Shown piece by piece: positions 27,880 to 38,185 of a DNA stretch of 64,000 nucleotides (its first letter is position 1; each line of letters starts with the position of its first letter). A program made the position numbers and the translations under genes. Under the pieces are notes generated by a model. The model was not told the DNA's origin. It made no database searches and saw only the letters and a list, made by a program, of their open reading frames with translations. The DNA is from Fibrobacteria bacterium (GTDB lineage Bacteria > Fibrobacterota > Fibrobacteria > UBA11236): contig JAYTSD010000004.1 in NCBI GenBank assembly GCA_043745805.1, forward strand, positions 1-64,000, in the 5' to 3' direction.

Positions 27880-28941
27880 ATGCAAAATAAAATCTTTCTT
27901 AAGCAAAATATTCAAGCCAATAGATTTTTCCTGAGGTTAACATTAATGTTACCCATTTATTTATTTCCCATTTCCTCCTGGGGCTGGTCACGACTGGGTC
28001 ATGAAACCGTGGCCACTATTGCCGAAAAACATTTAAATCCTGCCACGGTAACCGCCCTACAAGAAATTTTAGGAAATAAGCCTGTACCGACTCCTCTGGC
28101 ATCCATTGCTTTATGTGCTGATGATATCAAATACAAAAGCATCAGTTGTGGTGAAGTATTTGCCGTCCCACGCCAAGAGGCAAGCAAGCCTTGGCATTAT
28201 ATTGATATTCCCATCGGAACGCCGTTTGAAAAAATAAATTTCGAAAATTATTGTCCCCAAGATAGTTGCGTGCTCAAACAAATTCCTCTGAATATTTCCA
28301 CATTGAAAAACTCATCGGCCAGTCTGATTGAAAAACAATTTGCACTTATGTTTTTAGTGCATTTCGTAGGGGATTTACATCAACCTTTACATTGCGCCGA
28401 AGGAAAGGATTCATTAGGTGAAAATGATCAAGGTGGAAATTTAAAAACCGTACATTTCACAGTAGGTAACTTTACTCGAAAAATGAGCTTACATGAATTG
28501 TGGGATAAGCTTATTCAAAAACCGGATGCGGAACAAGCTGTCGATGCACAAATATTAGCCGATAGTCTCGACAAAGACTGGAGCCAACAAAAAGGGGGTT
28601 TGCCAAAAGGGGATTGGAATGATTATGCCGTAGAAAGCTTTCGCATTGCCGACACATTGATATATCCAAATTTTGAAAAAAATTTAGGCCAATTAGAACT
28701 AGACTATCAAAGTGTGATGCAACCTATTGCCTATCGACAAATAATGCTTGCGGGGCTGCGCCTAGCCGAAACTTTAAATGCTATTTATGGTTCTTCCGGT
28801 ACAAATCTTAAAGAAAAAAAACCATTTAAAAAAAGTAAAGATCATAAAATCATTAACTCTTTAGGTCAAGATCAAAAAGAATCTTTGCCCGAAGCAAAGA
28901 AAAATCATATCCAAATTCTATTTAAATCCAAATCATTATAA
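27880..28941 (+). CDS. Secreted S1/P1 nuclease
   Basis: W-S-R-L-G-H mature N-terminus, PWHYID, FLVHFVGDLHQPLH, LHELWD, AGLRLA; Lys-rich tail. Confidence 0.9.
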   Translation: MQNKIFLKQNIQANRFFLRLTLMLPIYLFPISSWGWSRLGHETVATIAEKHLNPATVTALQEILGNKPVPTPLASIALCADDIKYKSISCGEVFAVPRQEASKPWHYIDIPIGTPFEKINFENYCPQDSCVLKQIPLNISTLKNSSASLIEKQFALMFLVHFVGDLHQPLHCAEGKDSLGENDQGGNLKTVHFTVGNFTRKMSLHELWDKLIQKPDAEQAVDAQILADSLDKDWSQQKGGLPKGDWNDYAVESFRIADTLIYPNFEKNLGQLELDYQSVMQPIAYRQIMLAGLRLAETLNAIYGSSGTNLKEKKPFKKSKDHKIINSLGQDQKESLPEAKKNHIQILFKSKSL

Positions 28942-28967
28942 TTGCTTTTTAACCTAGGATATTAGTT

Positions 28968-29636
28968 ATGGGAAAGAAAATTATAGTCACCGGAGCCACA
29001 GGAATGGCGGGATCGGAGGTGATTCACCAAGCCCTATTAGATCCTGAAATTGAAGAAGTAGCGGCTCTCGTGCGCCGACCACTTCCGCAATCAGAAACGC
29101 AACACGCAAAGTTAAAAACTATTTTGCATGAAGATTTTTTACAGTATGCCAATCTCTCCGAAATCATTAAGCAATATGATGCTTGTATTTGGTGCTTAGG
29201 GATTTCGCAGACCCAAGTCAATGCGGAGGAGTATCATGTCATCACTTATGATTACACCCTAGCCGCTGCAAGAGCAATGCTGGCTGCAAATCCCGATATG
29301 ACTTTTATTTTTCTGAGCGGAATGGGTGCAGACTCCAAAGAAAAAAGCCGTACTATATTTGCAAGAGTAAAAGGCAAAACTGAAAATGCTTTAAGGCAAT
29401 TATCCTTTAAACAACTTTATCTTGCGCGTCCCGGGGGAATTCGTCCAATACAAAAAAAGAAAAATCTGGCGCTTTATGAAAAATTACTTATTCCCACTTA
29501 TCTCTTTTTTGAAATTTTGCTTCCCTTTATGGTGATTAACTCTGTTGATCTCGCTAAAGCCATGTTAAAAATAGCCAAGCAAGGTTCGGATAAATTGATT
29601 TTGTCCAATAATGATTTACGTAAACTGGTAAAGTGA
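28968..29636 (+). CDS. NAD(P)-binding epimerase/dehydratase-like (atypical SDR) protein
   Basis: IVTGATGMAG Rossmann motif, ACIWCLG, ARVKGKTEN. Confidence 0.85.
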   Translation: MGKKIIVTGATGMAGSEVIHQALLDPEIEEVAALVRRPLPQSETQHAKLKTILHEDFLQYANLSEIIKQYDACIWCLGISQTQVNAEEYHVITYDYTLAAARAMLAANPDMTFIFLSGMGADSKEKSRTIFARVKGKTENALRQLSFKQLYLARPGGIRPIQKKKNLALYEKLLIPTYLFFEILLPFMVINSVDLAKAMLKIAKQGSDKLILSNNDLRKLVK

Positions 29637-29681
29637 GAGTAAATAATAAGCAACTATGTTTTACAATGTTTATCCTGGATA

Positions 29682-29710
29682 AAGAAAGAACTCCCGAGGA
29701 GTTCTTTCTT
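29682..29710. terminator. Bidirectional intrinsic terminator
   Basis: aagaaagaactcc-cga-ggagttctttctt, a perfect 13-bp stem between convergent genes. Confidence 0.85.
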
Positions 29711-29733
29711 AACTTAAAGTTTTCGCATTAATG

Positions 29734-30804
29734 CTAGTCCCAGCTCAAAGCTCCGCCGGTTTGGTATTCGGTAACCCGAGTTTCAAAAAAGTTTTTCTCT
29801 TTATTCAAATCCAAGATTTCGCTCATCCAAGGAAAAGGATTAGTCGCATTATAAATGCGAGGCAAACCAATTTTTTCTAAGCGACGATCCGCCACATATT
29901 GCACATATTCTTCGAACATTTTTGCATTCAAGCCCAAAATGCCGCGCGGCATAGTGTCTTTAGCATAAGCGATTTCTAGGTCTACCGCTTGGCGTATCAA
30001 ATGCACACTTTTTTCTTTAACTTCTTTGGTCCACAATTCTGGATTTTCAATTTTGATTTGATTAATTACATCAATACCAAAATTCATATGCATGGTTTCA
30101 TCGCGCAAAATATATTGGAATTGTTCGCCCGTACCAGGCAAACGATTTTGGCGTTGAAAGGACAGCATCATTACGAAACCGCTATAGAAGAAAATACCTT
30201 CCATAATTACATAGTAGCCGATTAAGTTTTCTAAAAACTTTTGCGCACCGGCAAAGCTTTGCGTTTCAAAATCAGGACGTAACATATCTCGTGTTAACTC
30301 AATTTCAAAGGCGTCTTTACCATGAATAGAAGCTACTTCATGATACATATTGAAAATTTCTGCTTCATCCAAACCCAGCGATTCGACAATATATTGATAA
30401 GCATGTGTATGCAAAGCTTCTTCAAAAGACTGACGTAACATGTACTGGCGACATTCAGGATTAGTAATATGGCGATAAGCAGCCAAGACAATATTATTTG
30501 CTACTAAAGAGTCGGCGGTGGAGAAAAATCCCATATTGCGTTTTACAATACGACGTTCATCTTCGGTTAATAAATTGCTTTTCCATAATTCAATATCGCG
30601 TGACATATTGATTTCCATTGGCATCCAATGATTGGCGCAAGCGTCCAAATATTTTTGCCAAGCCCATTGATACTTAATAGGTACCAACTGATTGACATCG
30701 GCGCGACAATTGATAATGCGTTTATCATCTACCTTTACACGAGCTGTACTTTCCCCAAAAAGCGATTTGGAAATTTTACCATCATTCATTAAATCTATTG
30801 ACAT
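29734..30804 (-). CDS. nrdB: Ribonucleotide reductase class Ia beta subunit
   Basis: [16 protein letters not shown] (radical Tyr kept), [28 protein letters not shown] 30804 has GGAG upstream. Confidence 0.95.
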   Translation of the reverse strand: MSIDLMNDGKISKSLFGESTARVKVDDKRIINCRADVNQLVPIKYQWAWQKYLDACANHWMPMEINMSRDIELWKSNLLTEDERRIVKRNMGFFSTADSLVANNIVLAAYRHITNPECRQYMLRQSFEEALHTHAYQYIVESLGLDEAEIFNMYHEVASIHGKDAFEIELTRDMLRPDFETQSFAGAQKFLENLIGYYVIMEGIFFYSGFVMMLSFQRQNRLPGTGEQFQYILRDETMHMNFGIDVINQIKIENPELWTKEVKEKSVHLIRQAVDLEIAYAKDTMPRGILGLNAKMFEEYVQYVADRRLEKIGLPRIYNATNPFPWMSEILDLNKEKNFFETRVTEYQTGGALSWD

Positions 30805-33683
30805 GCTTCGCACTCCTCTCCATTTAATATGGAACAGGCCATGGCCTGATTTTCATTGATTAATTCTTCATCAGCAACTTTCGAAAGTGCTTGTTTATAA
30901 CTAGGCGCTTCTTCAATTTCTACGGCATTGACATTACGCGTTTTATCCAAGGTGGATTTTTCCGCTTGGGTAGCGCCCATGGCACGTAGATAATAAGTAG
31001 TTTTTAATCCACTCTTCCACGCATAGCGATACATGGCATCCAATTTTTTACCGCTCGGTGCAGCCATATAAAGATTGAGGCTTTGGCCCATATCGATCCA
31101 TTTTTGACGCTTTGCTGCGCAAGCAATAAGCCATTGAGGATCCACATTAAATGCGGTAAAGAACATTTTTTTCACGGCTTCGGGAATGCGTTGTATTTCC
31201 GCTAATTCCCCGTCAAAATATTTAAGATCATCGACCATATTCTTATCCCAAAGCTTCAAAGCCTTAAGCTTTTCAACCAAGAAATTATTGATCATGGTAA
31301 ATTCACCGGAGAGATTACTCTTCACATATAGATTTTTATAAGTGGGTTCAATACTTTGGCTCACGCCAATAATATTAGAGATAGTCGCCGTGGGGGCAAT
31401 GGCCATGCAATTGGAATTACGCATGCCAAAATTTTTAATATGTTCACGAATAGGGGTCCAATCCTTACGACAATTGGAGTCCATTAAAGTGGGTTCACCA
31501 CGCTCAGCCGCCATCAATTCCACGGTGTCAATAGGCAATAATCCTTTGGACCAAGCTGAACCTTGATAAGAAGGGTAAGCACCACGTTCTTTGGCTAATT
31601 TGGAAGAACCTAAAATGGTATGATAAGAAATAATTTCCATAGAGGCATCAGCAAAATCCACTGCCGCATCCGAAGCATATGGAATATTCATTTTATAGAG
31701 CGCATCTTGGAAGCCCATAATACCAAGGCCTATAGGACGATGACGTAAATTTGAATTACGCGCTTGCACGACCGGATAATAATTGAGGTCGATCACATTG
31801 TCGAGCATGCGCACAGCTACGCTAATAGTTTGTGAAATTAATTCTTCATCCAAACCATTGACACCCACATGATTCACCAAATTCAAAGAACCTAAATTGC
31901 AAACCGCAATTTCACTGTCGCTAGTATTGAGTAAAATTTCCGTACATAAATTAGAGCTATGTACCACCCCCATATGACGCTGAGGCGAGCGTATATTGGA
32001 AGGATCTTTAAAGGTGATCCAAGGATGACCTGTTTCATAAAGCATGCTCAACATTTTACGCCAAAGTGCTAAAGCGGAAACTTTTTTGAATAATTTCATG
32101 CGACCAGCACGCGCTTCTTCTTCATAAAACTTATAACGTTTTTCGAAAGCACTGCCATATAAGTCATGCAAATCTTCGGCATCGCTAGGACTGAATAGAT
32201 GCCAATCGCCATCGTTTTGTACGCGCTTCATAAATAAATCGGGAATCCAATTCGCAGTATTCATATCATGCGTGCGACGACGATCATCACCAGTATTTTT
32301 ACGTAGCTCTAAAAATTCTTCGATATCTAAATGCCAAGTTTCGAGATAAGCACACATCGCCCCTTTGCGACGGCCTCCTTGATTCACAGCCACGGCGGTA
32401 TCATTGGCCACTTTCAAAAATGGAATTACCCCTTGGCTTTTACCATTGGTGCCTTTAATATGCGCGCCTAAAGAACGCACTTGCGTCCAATCATTGCCTA
32501 AACCACCGGCGAATTTTGACAATAAAGCGTCATCGCGAATTGCACCAAAAATTCCGGATAAATCATCGGGTACTGTAGTTAAATAACAGGAAGACATTTG
32601 GGAATGCAAAGTTCCTGAATTAAATAAAGTAGGCGTCGAACTCATAAAGCGGAAAGTGGAAAGCACTTCATAAAACTCAATCGCACGCGTTTCGCGATCT
32701 ACTTCATTTAAAGAAAGACCCATAGAAACACGCATCCAAAAGGCTTGCATCAGCTCAATGACGCGGCCTTCGGCCAAATGCACGAAGTACCGATCGTATA
32801 AAGTTTTAAGTCCCAAATAGGTAATACCTAAATCGCGTTCACCTTTTAAGGCCTTACCCATGCGTACCAAATCAAAATCCAACATCCGTTTGTCTAGAAG
32901 ATTTTCTTTGACACCAAGTTCGATATAGCCTTTAAAATAATCGGCATAACGATCATTCATTTCGGCGGCAGTAGAACCTTCGTTTAAAACTTCAAAGCGA
33001 ATATCGTCCATTAAAATTCTAGCGGTAACAAAACTCCAAGCGGGATCTTCTTCAATATGCGTACAAGCAACCATGACTAAGGCTTTGGCCACTTCCTTCA
33101 CGGGAATGCCGGAATATAAATTGCTTAAAGTTTCTTTTAAAATTTGTTCTTCGGAAATGACATCGGTATAACCTGCGCAAGATTCAGCAATAATTTTTTT
33201 CAAGCGCTCACGATTCAGCGGTTTAACTTTTCCTTCCGCATCGGTAACGGTATATTCAATGCCTGTCGCGGCAGGAATGGGTGTAGTAACACCCAGCTTA
33301 CGCAATGCGGCACGTTCTTCACGATACAATACATAACGCTTCGCCACTTCAGGACGACCTACTCGCATCAAAGCAAGTTCCACTTGATCTTGAATATCTT
33401 CGATGTGATATGTGCCGCCATTAGGACGACGTTTTGCCAAACTGGCGAAAACTAATTCTGCAATACGTTCAACTTCTTCATTGATACGTGCAGTTGGATG
33501 TTCCAATCCTTCTTGTGCCAAAAAAGATTTAGTGATAGCGCGAATAATTTTTTCGCCTTTAAACTTCACTAATGATCCATCGCGTCTTTCGACCATATAT
33601 TTTGCCGAATCTAATCCACCAACTACACTACCTACTAAATTTATGGCTTGCTCCATTTGATTATCCGCTAAAGTCAAATTCAT
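30795..33683 (-). CDS. nrdA: Ribonucleotide reductase class Ia alpha subunit with two ATP-cone-like N-terminal segments
   Basis: [41 protein letters not shown]-terminal CEAC. ATG 33683 has GGAGG upstream. Confidence 0.96.
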   Translation of the reverse strand: MNLTLADNQMEQAINLVGSVVGGLDSAKYMVERRDGSLVKFKGEKIIRAITKSFLAQEGLEHPTARINEEVERIAELVFASLAKRRPNGGTYHIEDIQDQVELALMRVGRPEVAKRYVLYREERAALRKLGVTTPIPAATGIEYTVTDAEGKVKPLNRERLKKIIAESCAGYTDVISEEQILKETLSNLYSGIPVKEVAKALVMVACTHIEEDPAWSFVTARILMDDIRFEVLNEGSTAAEMNDRYADYFKGYIELGVKENLLDKRMLDFDLVRMGKALKGERDLGITYLGLKTLYDRYFVHLAEGRVIELMQAFWMRVSMGLSLNEVDRETRAIEFYEVLSTFRFMSSTPTLFNSGTLHSQMSSCYLTTVPDDLSGIFGAIRDDALLSKFAGGLGNDWTQVRSLGAHIKGTNGKSQGVIPFLKVANDTAVAVNQGGRRKGAMCAYLETWHLDIEEFLELRKNTGDDRRRTHDMNTANWIPDLFMKRVQNDGDWHLFSPSDAEDLHDLYGSAFEKRYKFYEEEARAGRMKLFKKVSALALWRKMLSMLYETGHPWITFKDPSNIRSPQRHMGVVHSSNLCTEILLNTSDSEIAVCNLGSLNLVNHVGVNGLDEELISQTISVAVRMLDNVIDLNYYPVVQARNSNLRHRPIGLGIMGFQDALYKMNIPYASDAAVDFADASMEIISYHTILGSSKLAKERGAYPSYQGSAWSKGLLPIDTVELMAAERGEPTLMDSNCRKDWTPIREHIKNFGMRNSNCMAIAPTATISNIIGVSQSIEPTYKNLYVKSNLSGEFTMINNFLVEKLKALKLWDKNMVDDLKYFDGELAEIQRIPEAVKKMFFTAFNVDPQWLIACAAKRQKWIDMGQSLNLYMAAPSGKKLDAMYRYAWKSGLKTTYYLRAMGATQAEKSTLDKTRNVNAVEIEEAPSYKQALSKVADEELINENQAMACSILNGEECEACQ

Positions 33684-33735
33684 GCTGCTTTGTCCTCCGA
33701 TTGGTGCTAATAGTAATGTTTTTAAAATGCCATAG

Positions 33736-33782
33736 CAACAAAATATTGGGATTATTTTTTGGCAGACCACAATATATTGTGG
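33736..33782. promoter_or_regulatory. Tandem NrdR boxes upstream of nrdAB
   Basis: caacaaaatattggga (33736-33751) and the perfect palindrome ccacaatatattgtgg (33767-33782), 31 bp apart. Both the consensus acaCwAtATaTwGtg and the spacing fit NrdR. Confidence 0.85.
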
Positions 33783-33904
33783 AATAACGACTTAGGACGA
33801 AAAAAAGGCCCGATTCCGTGCGAATTATTAAGTGGGATGATTAAAAAGTACTTTATCGACGCCCAAGGCAAGCTAAAAATCTGGTATTTTTATAAATTCT
33901 CACC

Positions 33905-34549
33905 ATGTATAAAAAACCTAATTCGACCCTGATTTTGGCCATTTTTACTGGTTTGCTCTGTTTTTCCTGCAAACAAGATGAAAATGTGCGCCAATATAAA
34001 GAAATAGCTCCTCCACCAACCCCCACTAACATGACCAATGGGATGGGAAATACCGGAGCAGAAATGGCCCCGCCAGAAAATACCAGTCCGGTGAATATTG
34101 ATATCACTTGGACTTTACCTGAAAATTGGAAAAAAAGTGATTCTGCCTCGGCTATGCGCGTAGGCAGCTTTATTATACCCAATGCGGACCCAGAGCTAAA
34201 TATTGATGTGTCCGTGGTGCAATTTCCTGGCATGGCTGGTGGCGTGGAAGCCAATGTGATGCGATGGATGAAGCAAATTGGTATTGCTCCAGATTCATTC
34301 GATCTAAAAGAGTTTTTACTGCATAGCGAACACTTTAAAACCTTAAGCGCTCAAGACGGTTTACTTATTGACTTAACCAATAAACTCTCGGGTGACATCA
34401 CCCAAAGCAAAAGTATTTTTGGTGCATTGATTAGCACTGCAGAATATACTGTCTTTGTAAAAGGCATGGGACATAAACAAACTTTAATCAAAAACAAATC
34501 CAGTCTAGTAACTTTTTGTAAATCACTTCGAATAGAAAATCACCCATGA
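33905..34549 (+). CDS. Hypothetical lipoprotein co-transcribed with cytochrome c maturation genes
   Basis: Lipobox-like CFSC; WTLPENW, MRVGSF, GGVEANVMRW..Q; ATGA overlap with the next gene. Confidence 0.75.
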   Translation: MYKKPNSTLILAIFTGLLCFSCKQDENVRQYKEIAPPPTPTNMTNGMGNTGAEMAPPENTSPVNIDITWTLPENWKKSDSASAMRVGSFIIPNADPELNIDVSVVQFPGMAGGVEANVMRWMKQIGIAPDSFDLKEFLLHSEHFKTLSAQDGLLIDLTNKLSGDITQSKSIFGALISTAEYTVFVKGMGHKQTLIKNKSSLVTFCKSLRIENHP

Positions 34550-35718
34550 CCGAAACCATAGAACAATCCTCTTTGCGTCAAAAGGCGCGGCGCCATCCGC
34601 TCTTTAAATTGGCCTTACATCCTGCCATTACCATTGGTTGCTTTCTTATCCTTTTTGTTTTGGTTTTCTTTGGTACCCTGTATCAAACCGAACATGGACT
34701 ATATGAATCGCAACAAAAATTTTTCCAATATGGTTTTGTATTAATCGGTGGTTTTTTTCCTTTACCTGGTGCTACTTCAGTTTTATGGGTGCTCTCAGTA
34801 CAACTATTACTATTAATGCTACTCATTTTGCCTTTCAAATGGAACCGCATAGGTTTATGGATTTCTCATGTTGGAATATTCATTTTATTCTTCGGCGGAT
34901 ATATCACTCAACTTTTGGCCGTGGAAAGCCAAATGACTTTAGCCGAAGGCGAAACCGGTCACTTGACCACCGCCTATCATGAATGGGAATTAGCGTTTTG
35001 GGAACAACAAGGTGATACCAATACGGTTACAGCTATTGATTCGAAAGCCTTTCACAAGGGCAATTCTATTCCGTTGAATACTTATAATGCTTGGATTGAA
35101 GTGCAAAACTATCTTACTAATAGTGAAGCCTTTACCAAACAAGCCTCTACCAAAGCGTATGTAAATGCTTCGGGAATTGGATTTTTAGAAGGACGCAAAC
35201 CGGAAAAAGAAGTAACGCGTAACTTTCCAGGACTCACATTCACCTTAAGGGAAAATGGAAAACCAGATCAAGAAGTATTAATGTATGGTGCAGAAATTCA
35301 ACCTTTAATTCTCAAGTTGAACGGCAAAACCGTATTCTGTAAGTTACGACTCAAACATTATCCCCTCGACTTTTCCCTTAAGCTCACTCGCTTTGTAAAA
35401 AATGTTCACCCCGGGACCGATATTCCTAGTAGCTTCGAAAGCTATGCCGATTTACAAGAGGGGCCGTCTTCGCGTAATGTAAAGGTATGGATGAATAATC
35501 CCTTACGTTATCAAGGCTTTACCTTTTTTCAAGCTTCTTATAGTCAAATGCAAGGAGAAGTGCCGCGCTCAACTTTTGCAGTAGTAACCAATCCGGGAAG
35601 AGTTTTGCCTTATGTCTCCTCCATCACCGTATTTGTGGGTTTATTAATTCATTTTTTGCTAAAACTAACGCGGTTCATTCGCAAAGGCCAAGCCGATAAA
35701 AGCCGAGGAGAAAAATAA
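34546..35718 (+). CDS. resB: Cytochrome c biogenesis protein, ResB/CcsB-like (System II)
   Basis: Three N-terminal TMs with GTLYQ and GLWISHVG; MNNPLRYQGFTFFQASY; C-terminal TM. Confidence 0.8.
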   Translation: MTETIEQSSLRQKARRHPLFKLALHPAITIGCFLILFVLVFFGTLYQTEHGLYESQQKFFQYGFVLIGGFFPLPGATSVLWVLSVQLLLLMLLILPFKWNRIGLWISHVGIFILFFGGYITQLLAVESQMTLAEGETGHLTTAYHEWELAFWEQQGDTNTVTAIDSKAFHKGNSIPLNTYNAWIEVQNYLTNSEAFTKQASTKAYVNASGIGFLEGRKPEKEVTRNFPGLTFTLRENGKPDQEVLMYGAEIQPLILKLNGKTVFCKLRLKHYPLDFSLKLTRFVKNVHPGTDIPSSFESYADLQEGPSSRNVKVWMNNPLRYQGFTFFQASYSQMQGEVPRSTFAVVTNPGRVLPYVSSITVFVGLLIHFLLKLTRFIRKGQADKSRGEK

Positions 35719-37613
35719 TGCGCAGCCTCATTTTATTTTTATTGATGGCAATATCCATATTTGCCGCCAATGATTCCGTCTCGCAAGAACTTCCTGCAGT
35801 GGGAGTGAAAGACATTAGCGCTTTGAGTAAAATGGCCTGTTTGCATGAAGGTCGCCTCAAACCCTTTGAAACTTTCGCACGGCATTCTTTATTGCTTTTA
35901 TCGGGACGCAGCACCTATGAAAAAAATAGTGCTACGCAAGAAATGGCACGCATACTTTTCATACCCGAAAAGGTAAGCGACGATAAATTGTTTTTAATCA
36001 ATAATCCCGAAGTTTTGCAAGCCCTGCAAATGAATGAAACAAAACGCGGACGTTACTCTTTTAAACAAATGCAAAACGCTTTGGCTAAGCTCGAAGAACT
36101 TGCTCAAAAAGCGATGGCATTAGAAGATGAAAAACGCGATGTGGTGCAAAAGGAAATTCTCGGTTTATACAATAATATGGTTTTCTTTGTGAATCTCACC
36201 CAAACTTTTAGTTTTGCCATGCCAAGTTCGGTGTTTACCGTGCAGTTACCCGAAACCAGAGTACAGCTTCATTTACCAGCAGATGCAAAAATCGTATCGT
36301 TTTGGGATTTAATGTCAAATGTAAACTATCTCAAACAAATTTTAGAAGCCATTGGAAAACGAAGCGAAGCAGAAAGATCCCCCGTTGAAAACGAAGTGGT
36401 ACGCATATCACAAGCTATGTATTTTAGCTCCCAAGCTTTTCGCACCTCTCCTTTTAAAATTATACCGACGGTGGGGAATGAAAAAAATGATTGGGTCAGT
36501 CCTGGCGATGTTTTGACCAATCCCAACCTTCTACATGCTACGAATAATGATTTAGAACTGCTTGCGCAAATGGCAAAAAATTATCGCAATGGACAACAAG
36601 CCGAATTCACGGAGAATACTCATAAATTCTCGGAGATTATTGATGGGCGTGCTTACGAACAATTGCAAAATACCCATTTTAATTTGGAAGTTCTCTATCA
36701 AAAATTTGATCCTTATTATTTAGCCTTAATTGGCTATTGGTTCGGATTAATCCTTTGCTTTAGTTTCTTTCTCTTCTCCCGAAAATGGCTTTATCATGCG
36801 GCCTACGGCATTACAGCCCTAAGCTTTGTTATTCATTTGTCAGGTATTATCAGCCGTATAATTATCATGCAACGGCCGCCGGTTACCTCCTTGTACGAAA
36901 CCTTTCCTTTTGTGGCCGCCGTAGCCATTTTGGTAGCAGGATTTATTGAAAAGGTTTCCAAAAAAGGCATTGGCATATTAGCCTCGTCTTTACTCGGAGT
37001 GATCTTGCTTTCGATAGCGAATCGTTATGCGGCGGAAGGTGATACCTTAAAAATGCTAGTCGCGGTTTTGAATAGTAACTTCTGGCTATCTACTCATGTG
37101 ATTTGTGTAACCATTGGATATAGTGCCTGCATACTTGCTGGCGCCATTGGACATTTTTGGCTAGTACATGCTTTATGGCCCAGTAAAAAAGGAAAAAAAG
37201 AAAGATCGAAAGAAATCGAAGCCATGGTTTATGGAGTACTTTGCTTTGGCCTACTCTTTTCCTTTTTCGGAACTGTACTCGGAGGGATTTGGGCGGATCA
37301 AAGCTGGGGGCGCTTTTGGGGTTGGGATCCTAAAGAAAATGGAGCGCTGCTCATTGTAATTTGGTGCATCATTCTTTTACATGCAAAACTTTATGGATAT
37401 ATCAAGGCAGAAGGCTTAGCTCAAGGAGCAGTTTTTGGTTCCATTGTAGTGGCATTGGCTTGGTTTGGAGTAAATCTTTTAAACGTAGGTTTACATTCCT
37501 ATGGCTTTACCCAAGGTGCGGCAACCAAGCTAATGAGCTATATCGGTTTCGAATTAGGCTTTATGCTGATTTGTGGAATCGGTCTTTTTTGGCAGCGCAA
37601 AAAACTTCGGTAA
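35718..37613 (+). CDS. ccsA: Cytochrome c biogenesis protein CcsA/ResC (System II)
   Basis: GRLKPFET, RPPVTSLYET, WLSTHV, GGIWADQSWGRFWGWDPKEN (WWD domain), GLHSYGF. Confidence 0.92.
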   Translation: MRSLILFLLMAISIFAANDSVSQELPAVGVKDISALSKMACLHEGRLKPFETFARHSLLLLSGRSTYEKNSATQEMARILFIPEKVSDDKLFLINNPEVLQALQMNETKRGRYSFKQMQNALAKLEELAQKAMALEDEKRDVVQKEILGLYNNMVFFVNLTQTFSFAMPSSVFTVQLPETRVQLHLPADAKIVSFWDLMSNVNYLKQILEAIGKRSEAERSPVENEVVRISQAMYFSSQAFRTSPFKIIPTVGNEKNDWVSPGDVLTNPNLLHATNNDLELLAQMAKNYRNGQQAEFTENTHKFSEIIDGRAYEQLQNTHFNLEVLYQKFDPYYLALIGYWFGLILCFSFFLFSRKWLYHAAYGITALSFVIHLSGIISRIIIMQRPPVTSLYETFPFVAAVAILVAGFIEKVSKKGIGILASSLLGVILLSIANRYAAEGDTLKMLVAVLNSNFWLSTHVICVTIGYSACILAGAIGHFWLVHALWPSKKGKKERSKEIEAMVYGVLCFGLLFSFFGTVLGGIWADQSWGRFWGWDPKENGALLIVIWCIILLHAKLYGYIKAEGLAQGAVFGSIVVALAWFGVNLLNVGLHSYGFTQGAATKLMSYIGFELGFMLICGIGLFWQRKKLR

Positions 37614-37622
37614 GAAAAAAGC

Positions 37623-37967
37623 TTACCAAAGCAAACCTAACCAATGTTTAATCTCTTGACGCCTTTTGTCGTCGAGAGCTAAAAAACGCAGTTGGGCATA
37701 TACATAAGCCCCATCCGTATCATAAAATAATTCTTGTACCTTACAGGGGATTTCCAAGTTACCCCTTCCCAGATAAATTCCGATATCCACGATTTGTCGA
37801 ATTTTTAATTCCGGTAATTGAGTATCAAAGCCATTATTATTCGCGAGAAAAAAAAACCCTCCCCCGACCGATTGTAAGGTATCCCATACTCCTTGAAAAC
37901 AATATCCACCCGCCATTAATTGAACGGGACAAAATGTGCAAACTTCCTCTTCAATGGTGGCGATCAT
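37623..37967 (-). CDS. Small PilZ-like domain protein (degenerate)
   Basis: SVGG..F strand, EIPCKV, AQLRFLALDDKRRQEI C-terminal helix; no RxxxR motif; GGGAG RBS. Confidence 0.5.
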   Translation of the reverse strand: MIATIEEEVCTFCPVQLMAGGYCFQGVWDTLQSVGGGFFFLANNNGFDTQLPELKIRQIVDIGIYLGRGNLEIPCKVQELFYDTDGAYVYAQLRFLALDDKRRQEIKHWLGLLW

Positions 37968-38117
37968 AAATCTCCCTAAAACACTTTTTTATTGTAAAGC
38001 CGGTATTCCGTAATCGCAAGAATAAACTTTATAACGGAATATCAAAAAGCAGTACTTCACTGCCTCTTTTAGTGCTTTTGCATTTTCAAATTGGGGAGAT
38101 TTAGAGATTTTATAAAG

Positions 38118-38141
38118 AAAAACCCCTCAAATTGAGGGGTT
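38118..38141 (-). terminator. Intrinsic terminator after gltD
   Basis: aacccctcaa / ttgaggggtt inverted repeat with a U run on the minus strand. Confidence 0.8.
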
Positions 38142-38185
38142 AAGCAAATAAAAAAATGGTTTTAGAAAAAGGTAATGATTAGCTT

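Noticed and set aside
29734..30804. NrdB as class Ic or metal-free class Ie
   Set aside because: The Asp ligand, the Glu/His ligands and the radical Tyr are all present, so it is ordinary class Ia.
33684..33770. N-terminal extension of NrdA in the ORF track
   Set aside because: It overlaps the NrdR boxes; ATG 33683 has a GGAGG RBS.
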